Source: Tetramitus jugosus
Lineage: Eukaryota; Protista; Heterolobosea
Assembly: GCA_937625935.1 (NCBI GenBank)
Contig: OW569376.1
Coordinates: 248,001-312,000 of the forward strand
Direction: 5' to 3'
Length of the DNA: 64,000 nucleotides
Shown: one piece after another, positions 1-10,596 of the stretch
How the letters are laid out: each line of letters begins with the position of its first letter
Numbering within the stretch: the stretch's first letter is position 1
Notes under the pieces: generated by a model
Databases searched by the model: none
Told to the model about the DNA's origin: nothing
What the model saw: the letters and a program-made list of their open reading frames with translations, nothing else
Made by a program: the position numbers and the translations under genes

Positions 1-87
1 GTACTTGTAGGTAATCTTTCTTTGTTGCTTGACACCCTTTGCTTTAACGATGCCTGGTTTGGTGACGATTGCTCCCTTTCTGACCAT
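1..87 (-). CDS. RPL22: 60S ribosomal protein eL22, 5' partial (runs off window start)
   Basis: Manual translation from ATG at 87 (AAAATG context): MVRKGAIVTKPGIVKAKGVKQQRKITYKY, a basic N-terminus resembling the eL22 KK..LKFTIDC lead-in. Only 29 aa visible; not in ORF track. Confidence 0.6.
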   Translation of the reverse strand, partial: MVRKGAIVTKPGIVKAKGVKQQRKITYKY

Positions 88-418
88 TTTAACTATGTTA
101 TGTTTTGACGTGAGTTTGTTGTTTTTGTTTTTTTGTTGCTAAATTTCGTGAGTTGACTCGCGGTTTCATTGAAGTCAACCAACTTCACTGAAGAAATTGA
201 ACTCAACAAAACACCGACACAACAAAAGCTCAAGCCCACAAGCTGAGAGCATGCATATGACTACGAGTATGGTAACAAAATGATCAATGAGCCAACGTCG
301 AACCATCAATCATCTTCTACAACTGCTCACTGCTGATCGAATGACAAATGATAACGATTTTTTTGGAGCGGATATTGTCGCGCGTTTCTGCCGCCAAAAT
401 TCTTGCAGACAAATCGCA

Positions 419-1700
419 ATGATATTTACAGCTGCTGAGCCCTCATTGTTTGTGTATGGTTGTGGTAGCTCTAAAGATGGAGAGCTAGGAGTTGCATCCA
501 CAACACCCATACTACAACATTTGGACTTTAGAAGTGTGTTTGGTCACACAGACAACATACGTCAGATCACCTGTGGAGGTCAATTCACCTATCTGCTCAC
601 CAATGACAATAGAGTCTTTTGTTCAGGTCGATCAAACCTTGGACAGTGTGGTAGCTATGTGAATCGACCCAAGTTTGAAGAGTTGTCTCTGAGCTCCACT
701 ACTCTCTCTGGGCCCATTATTCACATGGCATGTGGAGAAAATTTCGTAACTATTGTCACGGGTATGTCACGTCTCTTCATATCAGCTCATTATCATAACG
801 ATTGGTGTGTTTAATGTTGACACAATCAAACAAATAGATGATATGAGATTGTTCCTCTGTGGTGTAAAGTTCAATGGGCAGAGCACAAGCCAATTTGAAG
901 AATATCCCATTCCGTTGGATGGAAGAACAGACAAGATTACAAAGGTCTGCTGTAGTGCCTTCCATATACTCCTTGTTGTCAATGATGTGGATGTGTACAG
1001 TCTGGGATGCAATGTTTGGGGCAATTTGGGTCGAAATACGAGCGGACAAGATGAATTGCCTTTCGGAAAAGTTCATATCAATGACTTGCAAGGAAATTCC
1101 AAGGTAAAGACAATAGGATGTGGTGGAGTTCATAGTTTGATTCATTTTGAGAGTGGAGAGCTTTATACTTGCTACAACTCTTATTTAGAGCCCAAGAAGA
1201 CAATTGCTTTCGAACGAGTGAAACTTCCATTCTCTGATCCTGTTCGAGATCTCATATTTTCTCCACTTGGTACTCATATGATGCTTAGAACAGAGAAGGA
1301 TTTATGGGCCAGTGGATCGAATAAGTCTGGTCAATTGCTCACCGGAGACTGTAAGCAGGTGAATGGCATACAAAAGTGTAACATTGAAAGCATCGTGGGC
1401 AATGAAGAGTATCGCTTGTTTTTGGCCAGAGGTAGGACCTTTATGGCCACAAGAGACAATCTTTATTGTGTAGGGGAGAACAGGTACGGCCAACTTGGTC
1501 TCCTCGACAACATTACGAATTACAAGGTACGCAGAGTGCCGATTGATTTCAGTGACAAGGAGCTTGTTGGCGTGGAGGGGGGCTACGATTACACATTCTT
1601 TATTTGCAGACGAACAAACTGTTATCGTTTCATGAACAATTTACATCGAGGTTTATCGCACAGTGGCTTTGTGGATATTGAGATGAAGACTAAAGAATAA
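419..1700 (+). CDS. RCC1/BLIP-II repeat beta-propeller protein, 2 exons (419-761, 838-1700)
   Basis: RCC1 motifs (GSSKDGELG, QITCGGQFT, GRSNLGQCG, GCNVWGNLG, GSNKSGQL, GENRYGQLG). Intron 762-837 (GTATGT...ATAG) joins ORFs 287-814 and 753-1700 in frame (VT-D-DMRLFLCG). Confidence 0.88.
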
Positions 1701-1709
1701 GCACAAAAT

Positions 1710-3860
1710 TTATTCATGTGGCATTCCTACGAAGCTATCTACTCTCCAGAACGCAAGGATCAAGTCTCTCAAATGGTCTTGATCGACCTCTTGGAGAAGT
1801 CTCTTCCATCTCCTTCTTAGATTAAAACATGTATCGAGAACGGTGACACCTTGATTGCCATTTGTTTTCCTCAACCCTCTGCCCATTTGCTGAACAAACA
1901 CCAATTCTGATTCTGTTGGTCTCGCCAGTACAACACAACCAATATCCTTCACATCGAATCCCTCATTCATCATCATAACGTTGATAACAATTTTAATGTG
2001 GCCAGCATGAAACTTGTCCAATACATCTTCCATTCTCTTCTTCTTTGTGTTGTAATGTATTGAAGCGGCACTATATCCCTTTAGAAGCAGCAGCTTTTCT
2101 AGCTCGTCAGCTACAGAACAAGAAGCAGCAAAAATAATTGTTTTGGGCTTGTCTGGAAGACCGGCCCCAGCGGATGCCATACAGAACGAGTGGTAGATTT
2201 CAGAAACATAATTTGCTGATGTTCTCTTATTGATATGTTCCTCCTTGTGAAATCCCATTCTCTTGCATGACCTCTCCAGTCGAGTAACAAATTCTAGTGT
2301 ACCGATCTTTTTCTCATTCAATTGAGTCAACATGCTGTCATACGTCTCAAAGTCATGCTCCAGATTCTGTGTCACACACTCGATATAGGACACGGGTGGA
2401 AAATAGTTCAATTCTTTAGCCATTGTCCATGGAAGATCAATATACACTGTCTCATTAAACATGTTTCTCAATGTGTCCCCTTTGGGATCATCCCTGTGAT
2501 GTAAAGTAGCTGTCATTCCCAAAATGAATCGAATTCCAGTCTCACACCCATTATTTTGACCATGTTTATACAAGCTAGATGTCAATGTTTCAAATACTTG
2601 CCTATACGTCGTTGCTACCAAATGATGAACCTCATCGATACAAACATGTGAAATCATCGTTCTCACAAATTCATTCGGCAATTTATCAAACGATTGAAAC
2701 AAACAAAAGATAAATTGACGATTTTCGAGCTGTGATATCGTAAGAGTTTCTGTTTGTTGATCCACAATGAAAAAGGAGCTCTCTTTGAATCCATACGCTA
2801 CAAAATGTCGCTTAAACTTATGAAATGCACCGTCTCGAATCAACTTTGAATGAACGAGGAACAAGTAACGAAACAATGGTCGATCTCTCGCTTCGTGACT
2901 CTTCTCTTGATTCGGAATCGGTTCCTGGTTGCGTCTTCGCTTAATAATCAATAATGGTTTCTTCGATTTTTGTGGTTTCCTTTTCCATAATAACGACAAG
3001 GGATCATTTCCATTCTTATTAGTTCCACTATCAATCGTTTTGTTCGTCTTCCTTTTCTCATTTGCCCAAATGGTCAACTCATCTCGAATACAACCATTTG
3101 CATTCACGCCTTCATTCTCACTCTCATCATCACTCTCTTCATTTGTCCTTATTCTCATTCCCTCTCTTGTTCTTGTTATCCGCCTTAACTTGGCATCACT
3201 GTACAATGACAATTGTCTCTGCACTAACAAAATTGAAAATATAGTTTTACCGAGTCCAGTACACAGCACAATGAGTCCCATTTGTTGATTGTGTTTGATT
3301 CGATGCTTCTCCACATGCTCGATCAACGCCATTTGAAACTCTGATCCCAAAAACATTTCATGACTTGCATCTTGTTGTTTGATTTGCAGTAGTTGCTCAT
3401 TATCATCATTTTCATGATGATGTGAATCCGCAAATAGAGGAAATTCATTGGACAAGTGCCTTAATAAATGAAGATCAATTAAACAACAGTTGCCTTCTTC
3501 ATCCAGTGCATTTTCATCAGAGAGTATGAGCAATGGACTAGACGAGTACAAGAGCGGTGGAGTTGGAGAAGATGATAATAGAGATGACACAGAGGAAAAT
3601 GGTGGAGAAGCAGAGGGAATGAGAACAGGTGATAATGACTCTGGAGGCACTATTGGTGAAATGACATTTTCACCACCAGTTTCTTCTTCATTATCATCGT
3701 TGTCATTCGTTTGTTGTGGATATTGATTGAGAATGTACAGTCGTTTGACAGCATTGGTTTTCAGTAGCGTCGTGATTGGTTGTTGTTCATGATCTGCTGT
3801 ACAATCCGTGAACACATCAATAAAACTTCTTTTCCTCTTATTGTTGGTGGTAGTGATCAT
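1710..3860 (-). CDS. SF2 DExH helicase, ResIII/Irc3-like family
   Basis: Motif I LCTGLGKT, Ia LFLVHSKLI, II DEVHH, III GMTAT, V EGFDV, and LARPTES..FVQQMGRGLR (VI); about 110-aa charged insert between I and Ia; intronless. Confidence 0.9.
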   Translation of the reverse strand: MITTTNNKRKRSFIDVFTDCTADHEQQPITTLLKTNAVKRLYILNQYPQQTNDNDDNEEETGGENVISPIVPPESLSPVLIPSASPPFSSVSSLLSSSPTPPLLYSSSPLLILSDENALDEEGNCCLIDLHLLRHLSNEFPLFADSHHHENDDNEQLLQIKQQDASHEMFLGSEFQMALIEHVEKHRIKHNQQMGLIVLCTGLGKTIFSILLVQRQLSLYSDAKLRRITRTREGMRIRTNEESDDESENEGVNANGCIRDELTIWANEKRKTNKTIDSGTNKNGNDPLSLLWKRKPQKSKKPLLIIKRRRNQEPIPNQEKSHEARDRPLFRYLFLVHSKLIRDGAFHKFKRHFVAYGFKESSFFIVDQQTETLTISQLENRQFIFCLFQSFDKLPNEFVRTMISHVCIDEVHHLVATTYRQVFETLTSSLYKHGQNNGCETGIRFILGMTATLHHRDDPKGDTLRNMFNETVYIDLPWTMAKELNYFPPVSYIECVTQNLEHDFETYDSMLTQLNEKKIGTLEFVTRLERSCKRMGFHKEEHINKRTSANYVSEIYHSFCMASAGAGLPDKPKTIIFAASCSVADELEKLLLLKGYSAASIHYNTKKKRMEDVLDKFHAGHIKIVINVMMMNEGFDVKDIGCVVLARPTESELVFVQQMGRGLRKTNGNQGVTVLDTCFNLRRRWKRLLQEVDQDHLRDLILAFWRVDSFVGMPHE

Positions 3861-4233
3861 ATATCATGTTATTGTTGCTTTTGATTCATTTCGTGTTTTG
3901 CTGTCTGATTTTCCAGAAAAAATTGGAAGACATCCAAAGGACGAGGGCAGCGATCAAAGAGTGAATGCTGAAAGCATAAGAGATACGTGCAGATTAGTTT
4001 GCGAAATTTATAAATTATAAAAGAGTGATGGTAAAATGATTGTCATCACCTCGTGTGCACTGTGTTGTTGGTCATCAATAATACAAAGGATTTTTCTCTC
4101 AATCGCTGCTGTTCTTGTTGTTACTGTGTGATGTGGTTCTCATCACTCAAGAGTGAGAGATCCAATATCATCACGGCCACCACCTTTGGCAACAGACAAC
4201 GATCACAAGTTTTTCAAACATGAGAGTTTTTTC

Positions 4234-4776
4234 TTAATTTTCAAAAGCCTTGTTCAAGAACTTGCGCTTCACAAATTGCATCCAGTACTTGCTTGGACGA
4301 TCACCATCGGCATAGAGCAAAGCAGTCAAACGAAGACCAATTTCTTCTCTTGCTTGCTTCATATAGTTGATCCAAGCGTCTCTCTCGCTATTGTTAGCTG
4401 GAGATGGCACATAACCACCGAGAATGAAGCCATTGTCTCCAGGGGCAGTCAATGTTTGTTGTTCTTGTGCCATAGTGAACAACATTTTGTCAGCATCAGA
4501 CTTTGAAAAGTCCTTCTTCTTGCTGATTCTCAACAAACAGAGATGAACATAAAAAGTAAGGTAGAGCAAGACACGATCAGCAGGTCCCTTCACCTCATAA
4601 GTTCTAAAGAGCACATTTGCTCTAAAGTACTCTAGGACTTCATCGAGAATGTCCTTTTCATCAGGCTTGCCCTGAGCGGCTGGTCCTCTGACTTTGGTTT
4701 TAAGAGGTAAGAGAGCACAACCACAAGCTTGTGGTCCAGTCCAATCGTTGAATGAGGAGTGATAAGCGCCTGGCAT
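4234..4776 (-). CDS. ARPC3: Arp2/3 complex subunit 3 (p21-Arc)
   Basis: MPGAYHSSF, LLPLKTKVRGPA, DILDEVLEYFRANVLFRTYEVKGPADRVLLYLT, PSKYWMQFVKRKFLNK are hallmark ARPC3 segments. Confidence 0.97.
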   Translation of the reverse strand: MPGAYHSSFNDWTGPQACGCALLPLKTKVRGPAAQGKPDEKDILDEVLEYFRANVLFRTYEVKGPADRVLLYLTFYVHLCLLRISKKKDFSKSDADKMLFTMAQEQQTLTAPGDNGFILGGYVPSPANNSERDAWINYMKQAREEIGLRLTALLYADGDRPSKYWMQFVKRKFLNKAFEN

Positions 4777-5049
4777 TTTAAATACTGTTGTGATGAGTGT
4801 TTTTTTGTTTGCTTTTTTTTTGTTGCTTTGTTGTAAATTACGTTTTTTTTGTGGTTTTGCTGATCGAAGCTTTCACCCCAGGATGATTCTCCTGTTGTTG
4901 AGGAGGACTTTTCAGTGTCATCACACATAAAACTCAAAACGATGAGCAAAAGGATCACTTGATGCGACCTGATAGGTGATAAGTTGACTCGGAATAAAAT
5001 TACAAATTTTATCCCGCCTCAAACAAACGATATCGGAGAAAGTGAAGAA

Positions 5050-5321
5050 ATGGTATGGTTTCAGGTTTTGCTCATGTGAAGGATCGAGACAATCAAGCTC
5101 ACACATTGGATGATTAGAAAGTTTTTGTTCACACGAGAAACAAGATTTTGTTTGTTGATTGCGAGTCAGAGGACACTTTTGAGGACATTCGTGAGAGAGT
5201 CATCTTGCTGTCAACAGCACCTGGTTCTCAATTGCTCTACTGTGGGAAACAAGTGGACTATGAGAAACAGTTGAAAGAGATGAACATTTTGCATACAGGT
5301 TACGTGTTGAAATGGAAGTAA
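5050..5321 (+). CDS. 68-aa ubiquitin-like protein without C-terminal GG; ATG-only first exon (5050-5052) plus exon 5118-5321
   Basis: ATG|GTATGG...ATTAG intron 5053-5117. Spliced product MKVFVHTRNKILFVDCESEDTFEDIRERVILLSTAPGSQLLYCGKQVDYEKQLKEMNILHTGYVLKWK* aligns with ubiquitin (MQIFVKT..SDTIENVK..LIFAGKQL..L.DYNI). Missed by ORF track. Confidence 0.75.
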
Positions 5322-5378
5322 TCGAGTTTGTTATCGAGGAAGGAGAGCTTTCTTAAGTGCTCACTCTAGTTTTTTGCG

Positions 5379-6377
5379 CTATTCAGAAGGTGATGATTGA
5401 AAAGTATTGGATGTTCCTGTCTGCAGTTGACTCAGAATCCGTTTTTCCCAATAGCTCATCCTCTCATCTACGTGTTGATGTACAATTTTCTTCATTTCAT
5501 CAGAGCGCACAAAGTCTTGAATACAAGCTTGAATAAATGCTGCCGATGCTGGCGGTTCACTGCTACTTGTTAATGTTGTTTGTTGAGTTTGGATACTGCA
5601 CTTGTCTAGTTGGATAGATCTTTGCGATGGATTCATTACCAGGGCATCATTCTGCAAAGGAGGTGCGAATGGAGGACCTGTTGGATTATGAGAAGGTGGT
5701 GGATGATGATGAGGAATAGGTGAAGGAGGTAATTGAAGTCCACCCATTAGACTCATCAACAGAGCAGTTGGATTGGACATGAGATCATTGGTGATCGCAT
5801 CACTCATATCTCCACTGAAACCCAACATGGATGCCATTGCGCTATTCTGATTCGTTTCCTGTTGTGGTGGCCTTCTCTTCACTGTACCCACAAGAAACAT
5901 GTTGTGCATATTGATCTTGCCTTGTCTATCAGTAGATGGATGATCCAAAGAAAGAAACTTGAGACATAGATTCCTGCATGTAATGGGTTGTTTCTGCGGA
6001 GACGAGTACGCACAAATATACTGGTTCGGTGCCACTCTGGACTGATACTTTGCCGTACAAACGTAATTCTTGCGATCGTCAGTGTAAATTTCAATGATGC
6101 GAGAGCTGGAGTGAATGGTAATCGATGTCCATTCAAGCATGAGATCATTTGACACAGGAGATAGGACAATCTCGCATCTCTTGCCCTCGTCCTTGCGCAG
6201 GGTTATGGTGCGATTATTCTCACAGATTTCACTCTGCTCTTGAACGAGTTGAACAATGTCTGAAAGTTCAGCATCCCTGTCACATGATTCATCATCCTTT
6301 AGCCATGAACTACCGAGTTTCAATCGACCAGATTCGCATGTGTATGCTTCGCAATGTGAACCACCCTCTTCGCTCAT
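5379..6377 (-). CDS. PAAT/C10orf88-like protein
   Basis: SITIHSSSRIIEIY..NYVCT..NLCLKFLSL resembles the C10orf88 N-terminal domain (ILSSARNMEVY..YCGT..CKIKLLS), followed by a Pro/Gln-rich linker and C-terminal helix. Confidence 0.6.
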   Translation of the reverse strand: MSEEGGSHCEAYTCESGRLKLGSSWLKDDESCDRDAELSDIVQLVQEQSEICENNRTITLRKDEGKRCEIVLSPVSNDLMLEWTSITIHSSSRIIEIYTDDRKNYVCTAKYQSRVAPNQYICAYSSPQKQPITCRNLCLKFLSLDHPSTDRQGKINMHNMFLVGTVKRRPPQQETNQNSAMASMLGFSGDMSDAITNDLMSNPTALLMSLMGGLQLPPSPIPHHHPPPSHNPTGPPFAPPLQNDALVMNPSQRSIQLDKCSIQTQQTTLTSSSEPPASAAFIQACIQDFVRSDEMKKIVHQHVDERMSYWEKRILSQLQTGTSNTFQSSPSE

Positions 6378-6596
6378 TCTTTCTTCTCAAAAATCGATGT
6401 TTGTCCGATCAAAGTCCGACCAATAAAAGCCCGCGATTTCCGTGATCTTTCATATTTCAGTGATCCGATAGCATGAGGCACCGAAATAACTTAAGATGAG
6501 CTCAACCCGTGGCCATCATCGCGTGGTTGTATTGGCAGTTGTATTAGATACAAACCAAAGAAACCCTTAACGTTCAATCAGTTAATCCCGGAGACA

Positions 6597-8369
6597 ATGA
6601 AGTACCAATTTTTGCAAGCACAAACCGATGGACAGAAGCTCGACACGACACCTGCATCAATCCAGTTGCATGTGCCTAGTGCCAGCAACAAGAAATCTCG
6701 CTTAGTATCGCCCTGTTCATCCTCCTGTAGTACTTATCTCTTGTCGTCCTGCGGTACACCCATGACAACATGTTCGAGCCGCATGCAGCTCGACGAAGAC
6801 TCGTTATCGCCCTATTTGGCAGAGTTTGAGTTGACACCTCGAGGAACAGGTTGGGGCATTGCTAGCACTAGTGGCACTAAAAGCCCAGTTGCTCCGACTA
6901 CGATCGGCTCATTGCATCTCAATATCAACGGATATTGCAAGTTTCCAAGGAGAATCGGATCATCTTTGAACAGTGTGACTTCTGATGCTATGTCTGACAT
7001 TTCTTCTGTGTATACACCACAGCAACCGAGGAGAATGTATCATCAACTACGACCGTTTCAACTTCCTGAAAGGAAGCGATTCTCTCAAATGTCCAATATT
7101 GTTCGGACTCCGGACACGACTGCCTCTCCCTCTGCTTCGAGAATGGAAACAGAGACACCAGCTTTAACAATCGAGAGCGTCAATAATAATAATAGTAACC
7201 AAGGAATAGAGATAACATTGTTCGACAAGAACAACACGAATGATCGTCAAGAAATTAAATTGTTAGACAATAGTATCAGTGCAGGTACAGCAGAGGGTAG
7301 TGATCGAATCAAGAGAGAAGGCGGTCCAATTCACATGACCACGGGTCCACCAGTGTCTTGCGAAGAGAATGATGATACACTGCCCATCATTTTAGACTTC
7401 TTGAAGTTGTCACCGTACTCTACTGTATCTATACCTTCTCCTCTCATGAGCACACCAAAATCACGTGCACAAGATTGCTCTACGAATGACTCTGTTCAAC
7501 ATCGTGTCATATCCAATGACGAACTCTTTCAAAATATTGTAGATTTACTGTCTCCTGATCTGTTTGACGATTACAAGAAACCTGGAGAGTCATCGTTTAG
7601 TCCTAATGACATAAATCCTTCAAACTGCTCTACAGAAACAGTATCCACTCAATGTGGTAGTGATCCGATTAGATGTAACCGCATGACAGAGTTGCTTATA
7701 AATAATGAAGCACCTCATGATTTATCCCGGCGCTCTATCGATACACAGCATTCATTAACACAACCAGAGACTTCCTTCATAGATAATAGGAGTAGAGACT
7801 CGATTAATGAACAGATACTAGTATCACTTCCATTACCAGCAACAATTCCATTCGAACAGCTCCTAACAGCTACGGAGGAAATTCCGTTTGATGTTGTCCT
7901 TCCTCAGCAATCCGAGTTTGCATTTGAACCCATTTCCTTCCTAACAGATCTACAACAGGAGAATCTTGTAGCAAACACAGAAGGAGTACAGGTATCTCAA
8001 AGATACAGACGTGCTGACAATATTGTCCCAGGGATAGTACCTTTTACTTTTCCCAGTACATCTGGTGTGAAGAAGCCGGAAAACAAGATTCGAAAAGCAT
8101 TCAATCTAGATGACAAACTACATCGATACAGTCCACAGTCAAACGGATCAGCTTCTTCATCGCCGGATGAACATCAATCAGATACAGGGCTCACTACGGA
8201 TGCCAGATCCAGTACGACAAGTACGGAAAATACGACCAAGAAAACACCAAGGAAGAGACGAGAGGTCAAATTTTTCAACAATGAGTTCAATCAGTTCGTT
8301 TCCGGCACACATAAGACCCAGCAGAGACCAAGCAGAGACAAGTACAAGTTCACCAAAATGTATTGGTGA
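6597..8369 (+). CDS. Hypothetical Ser/Thr-rich, largely disordered protein (590 aa) with basic C-terminal motif
   Basis: Long ATG-initiated ORF, divergent from the PAAT-like gene; no recognisable domain; KKTPRKRR NLS-like segment near the C-terminus. Confidence 0.7.
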   Translation: MKYQFLQAQTDGQKLDTTPASIQLHVPSASNKKSRLVSPCSSSCSTYLLSSCGTPMTTCSSRMQLDEDSLSPYLAEFELTPRGTGWGIASTSGTKSPVAPTTIGSLHLNINGYCKFPRRIGSSLNSVTSDAMSDISSVYTPQQPRRMYHQLRPFQLPERKRFSQMSNIVRTPDTTASPSASRMETETPALTIESVNNNNSNQGIEITLFDKNNTNDRQEIKLLDNSISAGTAEGSDRIKREGGPIHMTTGPPVSCEENDDTLPIILDFLKLSPYSTVSIPSPLMSTPKSRAQDCSTNDSVQHRVISNDELFQNIVDLLSPDLFDDYKKPGESSFSPNDINPSNCSTETVSTQCGSDPIRCNRMTELLINNEAPHDLSRRSIDTQHSLTQPETSFIDNRSRDSINEQILVSLPLPATIPFEQLLTATEEIPFDVVLPQQSEFAFEPISFLTDLQQENLVANTEGVQVSQRYRRADNIVPGIVPFTFPSTSGVKKPENKIRKAFNLDDKLHRYSPQSNGSASSSPDEHQSDTGLTTDARSSTTSTENTTKKTPRKRREVKFFNNEFNQFVSGTHKTQQRPSRDKYKFTKMYW

Positions 8370-8384
8370 AATATAAGTTGTAAT

Positions 8385-10397
8385 TCACTCAAAAGGATCA
8401 ACATTATATCCTTGTATTCCCATCTCTCGTTTTCTTCTATCAATTTCTGATTGGTGTTTCTGCGTTGAAGAGATGCCTTTGATAGGTGCTTCCATGTTCT
8501 CCAAACCTTCAATCTTTTTGCGCCTTTCTCGCTCTTGCCTGCTGTAGAATTTGTCCTCTCTCTTTTGGAAGACCTCTTTATCGTGCTTACTCCAATTAAT
8601 TTCTTTGTTGATCTTGGGTGTATATCTTCTGTATTGCCACTTCTTATTTTTCTCATCTGATTCAGGACGCGAAGTCGGGGTTGTTCTGATAGACTGTGGT
8701 GTTAAGTCTCCAGAAAGTACCATGTAGTCTATATCCAATAGGGCTGACACGATATCTGCACATTGATGATAGGACTGAATCTTGACTCTCAAGGAGTCGT
8801 ACAAACCAATCGTCCGTGGATTATGGAATTGAATAGGAAATTGGTATAAGTCGATAGTTAGATATGATTCATCTTCGATCTTCTGCCTCCATTCTGCCAG
8901 AGTAGTGCAAACGTTGAAAGAGCTGTTTCTGCAAAGATTGCCTGGTACAGCATTTTCAATTGCGTTTGCAAAGGAATGTACAATCTTCTTAGAAATAGGA
9001 TCTGAGAAAGAGTCAGTGCTTGCTATCGAGCGAATGTAAGATGCAATAGACATGTCCACAGATCCTCCACCAGGAATAATCTGACAATCTTCGAATGCAT
9101 TTTGCAACACCTTTAAAGTATTTCTAAGAACCTTACGTAGAGTTTCGACTGTATACGTCGTTGGCGCGAAAAGCTCAATTGTTGATACACTTTGTGGGAG
9201 GCCACTCAAGTACGTGTAAGCGCTTGATTGATCCTCCTGTACTTCCACACAACCAATTTTTGCAAGAAATTGATCCTTTTGACCAAGTGTTAGTTGTTTC
9301 AGAATATTATGAATGAATTTAACCCCACAACAAGCGGCCAGTTTGTGTGCTGTTTCTTTTCTAACGTGTCTCAAAGCGATAACTCCATGTTGAGCAAATA
9401 TATTAAGGGAGGTTGCATCAATGGCATCAATAGATATCACAACTTTGGCCCCAGAATCAATAATGGTGTCTATCCTATTATTGATCATACTTCTCTCTGC
9501 ATTGACCAACTCAACTCTCTGTTGAGCAGTGTGAAACTGCATATTCAGGTGCTGAGTATTGGATCTTTGAGCTAATTCCAATGGCTCGGAGATAAATACA
9601 ACAAGAGAGTCGGTTAACAGCCGAGGCATATCGATATCACGCACTCCCTGATCTATCACTATTCCATCAAAATGCTGCACAAATGTCTCTACATCATACC
9701 TACATATAATATCGATTGCTTTCGAGGAGGTATTAGTCGATAAAATTGATTCTTGCTCCATTTTCATTTGCTTAACTGTTTTCTTCTCATACAACCTCTG
9801 TATTGCTGTGACACAAACAGCAGCAAAATTAGAGATCAAACTCTCTTCGATCCTCGTACGTAACACAGATTCAGCCAGCGAAATCAAGTATTCTTTGTCG
9901 ATATCAACAAAGGAGTCCAGACTCACTTGTTCCGTTTTCAAAATGTGAACCGTGTGCTCCTTTTTCATTTTCTCAATCGATTGTTTTGTCAATTGCTGAT
10001 AAATGCGGGCGATAGTCTTTGGATGAATCGCGTCATTTCTCATCATATCAAACGCTTCACCAATTAATGCACCTGCCATGCAAATGGCACCCTTTGTTCC
10101 ATCTCCTGCCATCGTTTGAACACTTCTCGTCATTCGTTTCAACAGAGCGCTCACAGGGTGATTACTTCTCATGTTGTCCAACAAGAAATGGCCATCCCTA
10201 CCGATTGTCAATTGAGGAATCTTGTACGCAGAGTTGTCCACTTCTTGAGAGCTGTAGTGCACAAAGAGGCATGTTTGGCCACATGGACCCATTGCTTGAC
10301 CAATGACGGGGCACACTTGATCACAAAGTATGGAATGTATCACTGATTGTGTTGCCGTGGGAAATCCAACTGACAATGTCGAGCTGCTCTGCATCAT
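8385..10397 (-). CDS. Divergent group II chaperonin (CCT6-like apical domain; BBS-chaperonin-like divergence)
   Basis: MGPCG, RDGHFLL..HPVS, AGDGTK, IHPKTI, GIVIDQGVRDIDMP, QRVELVNAERSMI, GVIALRH, IPGGGS, GLYDS. First ATG at 10397 (the ORF track extends to a TTG at 10493). Confidence 0.85.
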   Translation of the reverse strand: MMQSSSTLSVGFPTATQSVIHSILCDQVCPVIGQAMGPCGQTCLFVHYSSQEVDNSAYKIPQLTIGRDGHFLLDNMRSNHPVSALLKRMTRSVQTMAGDGTKGAICMAGALIGEAFDMMRNDAIHPKTIARIYQQLTKQSIEKMKKEHTVHILKTEQVSLDSFVDIDKEYLISLAESVLRTRIEESLISNFAAVCVTAIQRLYEKKTVKQMKMEQESILSTNTSSKAIDIICRYDVETFVQHFDGIVIDQGVRDIDMPRLLTDSLVVFISEPLELAQRSNTQHLNMQFHTAQQRVELVNAERSMINNRIDTIIDSGAKVVISIDAIDATSLNIFAQHGVIALRHVRKETAHKLAACCGVKFIHNILKQLTLGQKDQFLAKIGCVEVQEDQSSAYTYLSGLPQSVSTIELFAPTTYTVETLRKVLRNTLKVLQNAFEDCQIIPGGGSVDMSIASYIRSIASTDSFSDPISKKIVHSFANAIENAVPGNLCRNSSFNVCTTLAEWRQKIEDESYLTIDLYQFPIQFHNPRTIGLYDSLRVKIQSYHQCADIVSALLDIDYMVLSGDLTPQSIRTTPTSRPESDEKNKKWQYRRYTPKINKEINWSKHDKEVFQKREDKFYSRQERERRKKIEGLENMEAPIKGISSTQKHQSEIDRRKREMGIQGYNVDPFE

Positions 10398-10596
10398 ATT
10401 GATCTTTGGACTGACGACTTGTATGTGAATTTTGGCGCGTAAATCAAGTCCGACGTGTTTTCTGATCGGAGTCGGACTCTGTGACGTTGTCAATACCTTC
10501 CAATATGGATTCTAAATTTTGCCGACACATCCCAATTTCACCCTGGAAAAACAACAAAGAGAACCGGAAAGACAAAGTGAACAAGAAAAGAGAAAC

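Noticed and set aside
275-340. Possible box C/D snoRNA (ATGATCA...CTGA), and GTGATGA clusters near 4030-4180 and 4915-4930
   Set aside because: Boxes imperfect or unpaired and no recognisable rRNA guide; TGATGA is abundant background here.
1710-3860. Type III restriction-modification system
   Set aside because: No methyltransferase or nuclease domain nearby; flanks are typical eukaryotic genes.
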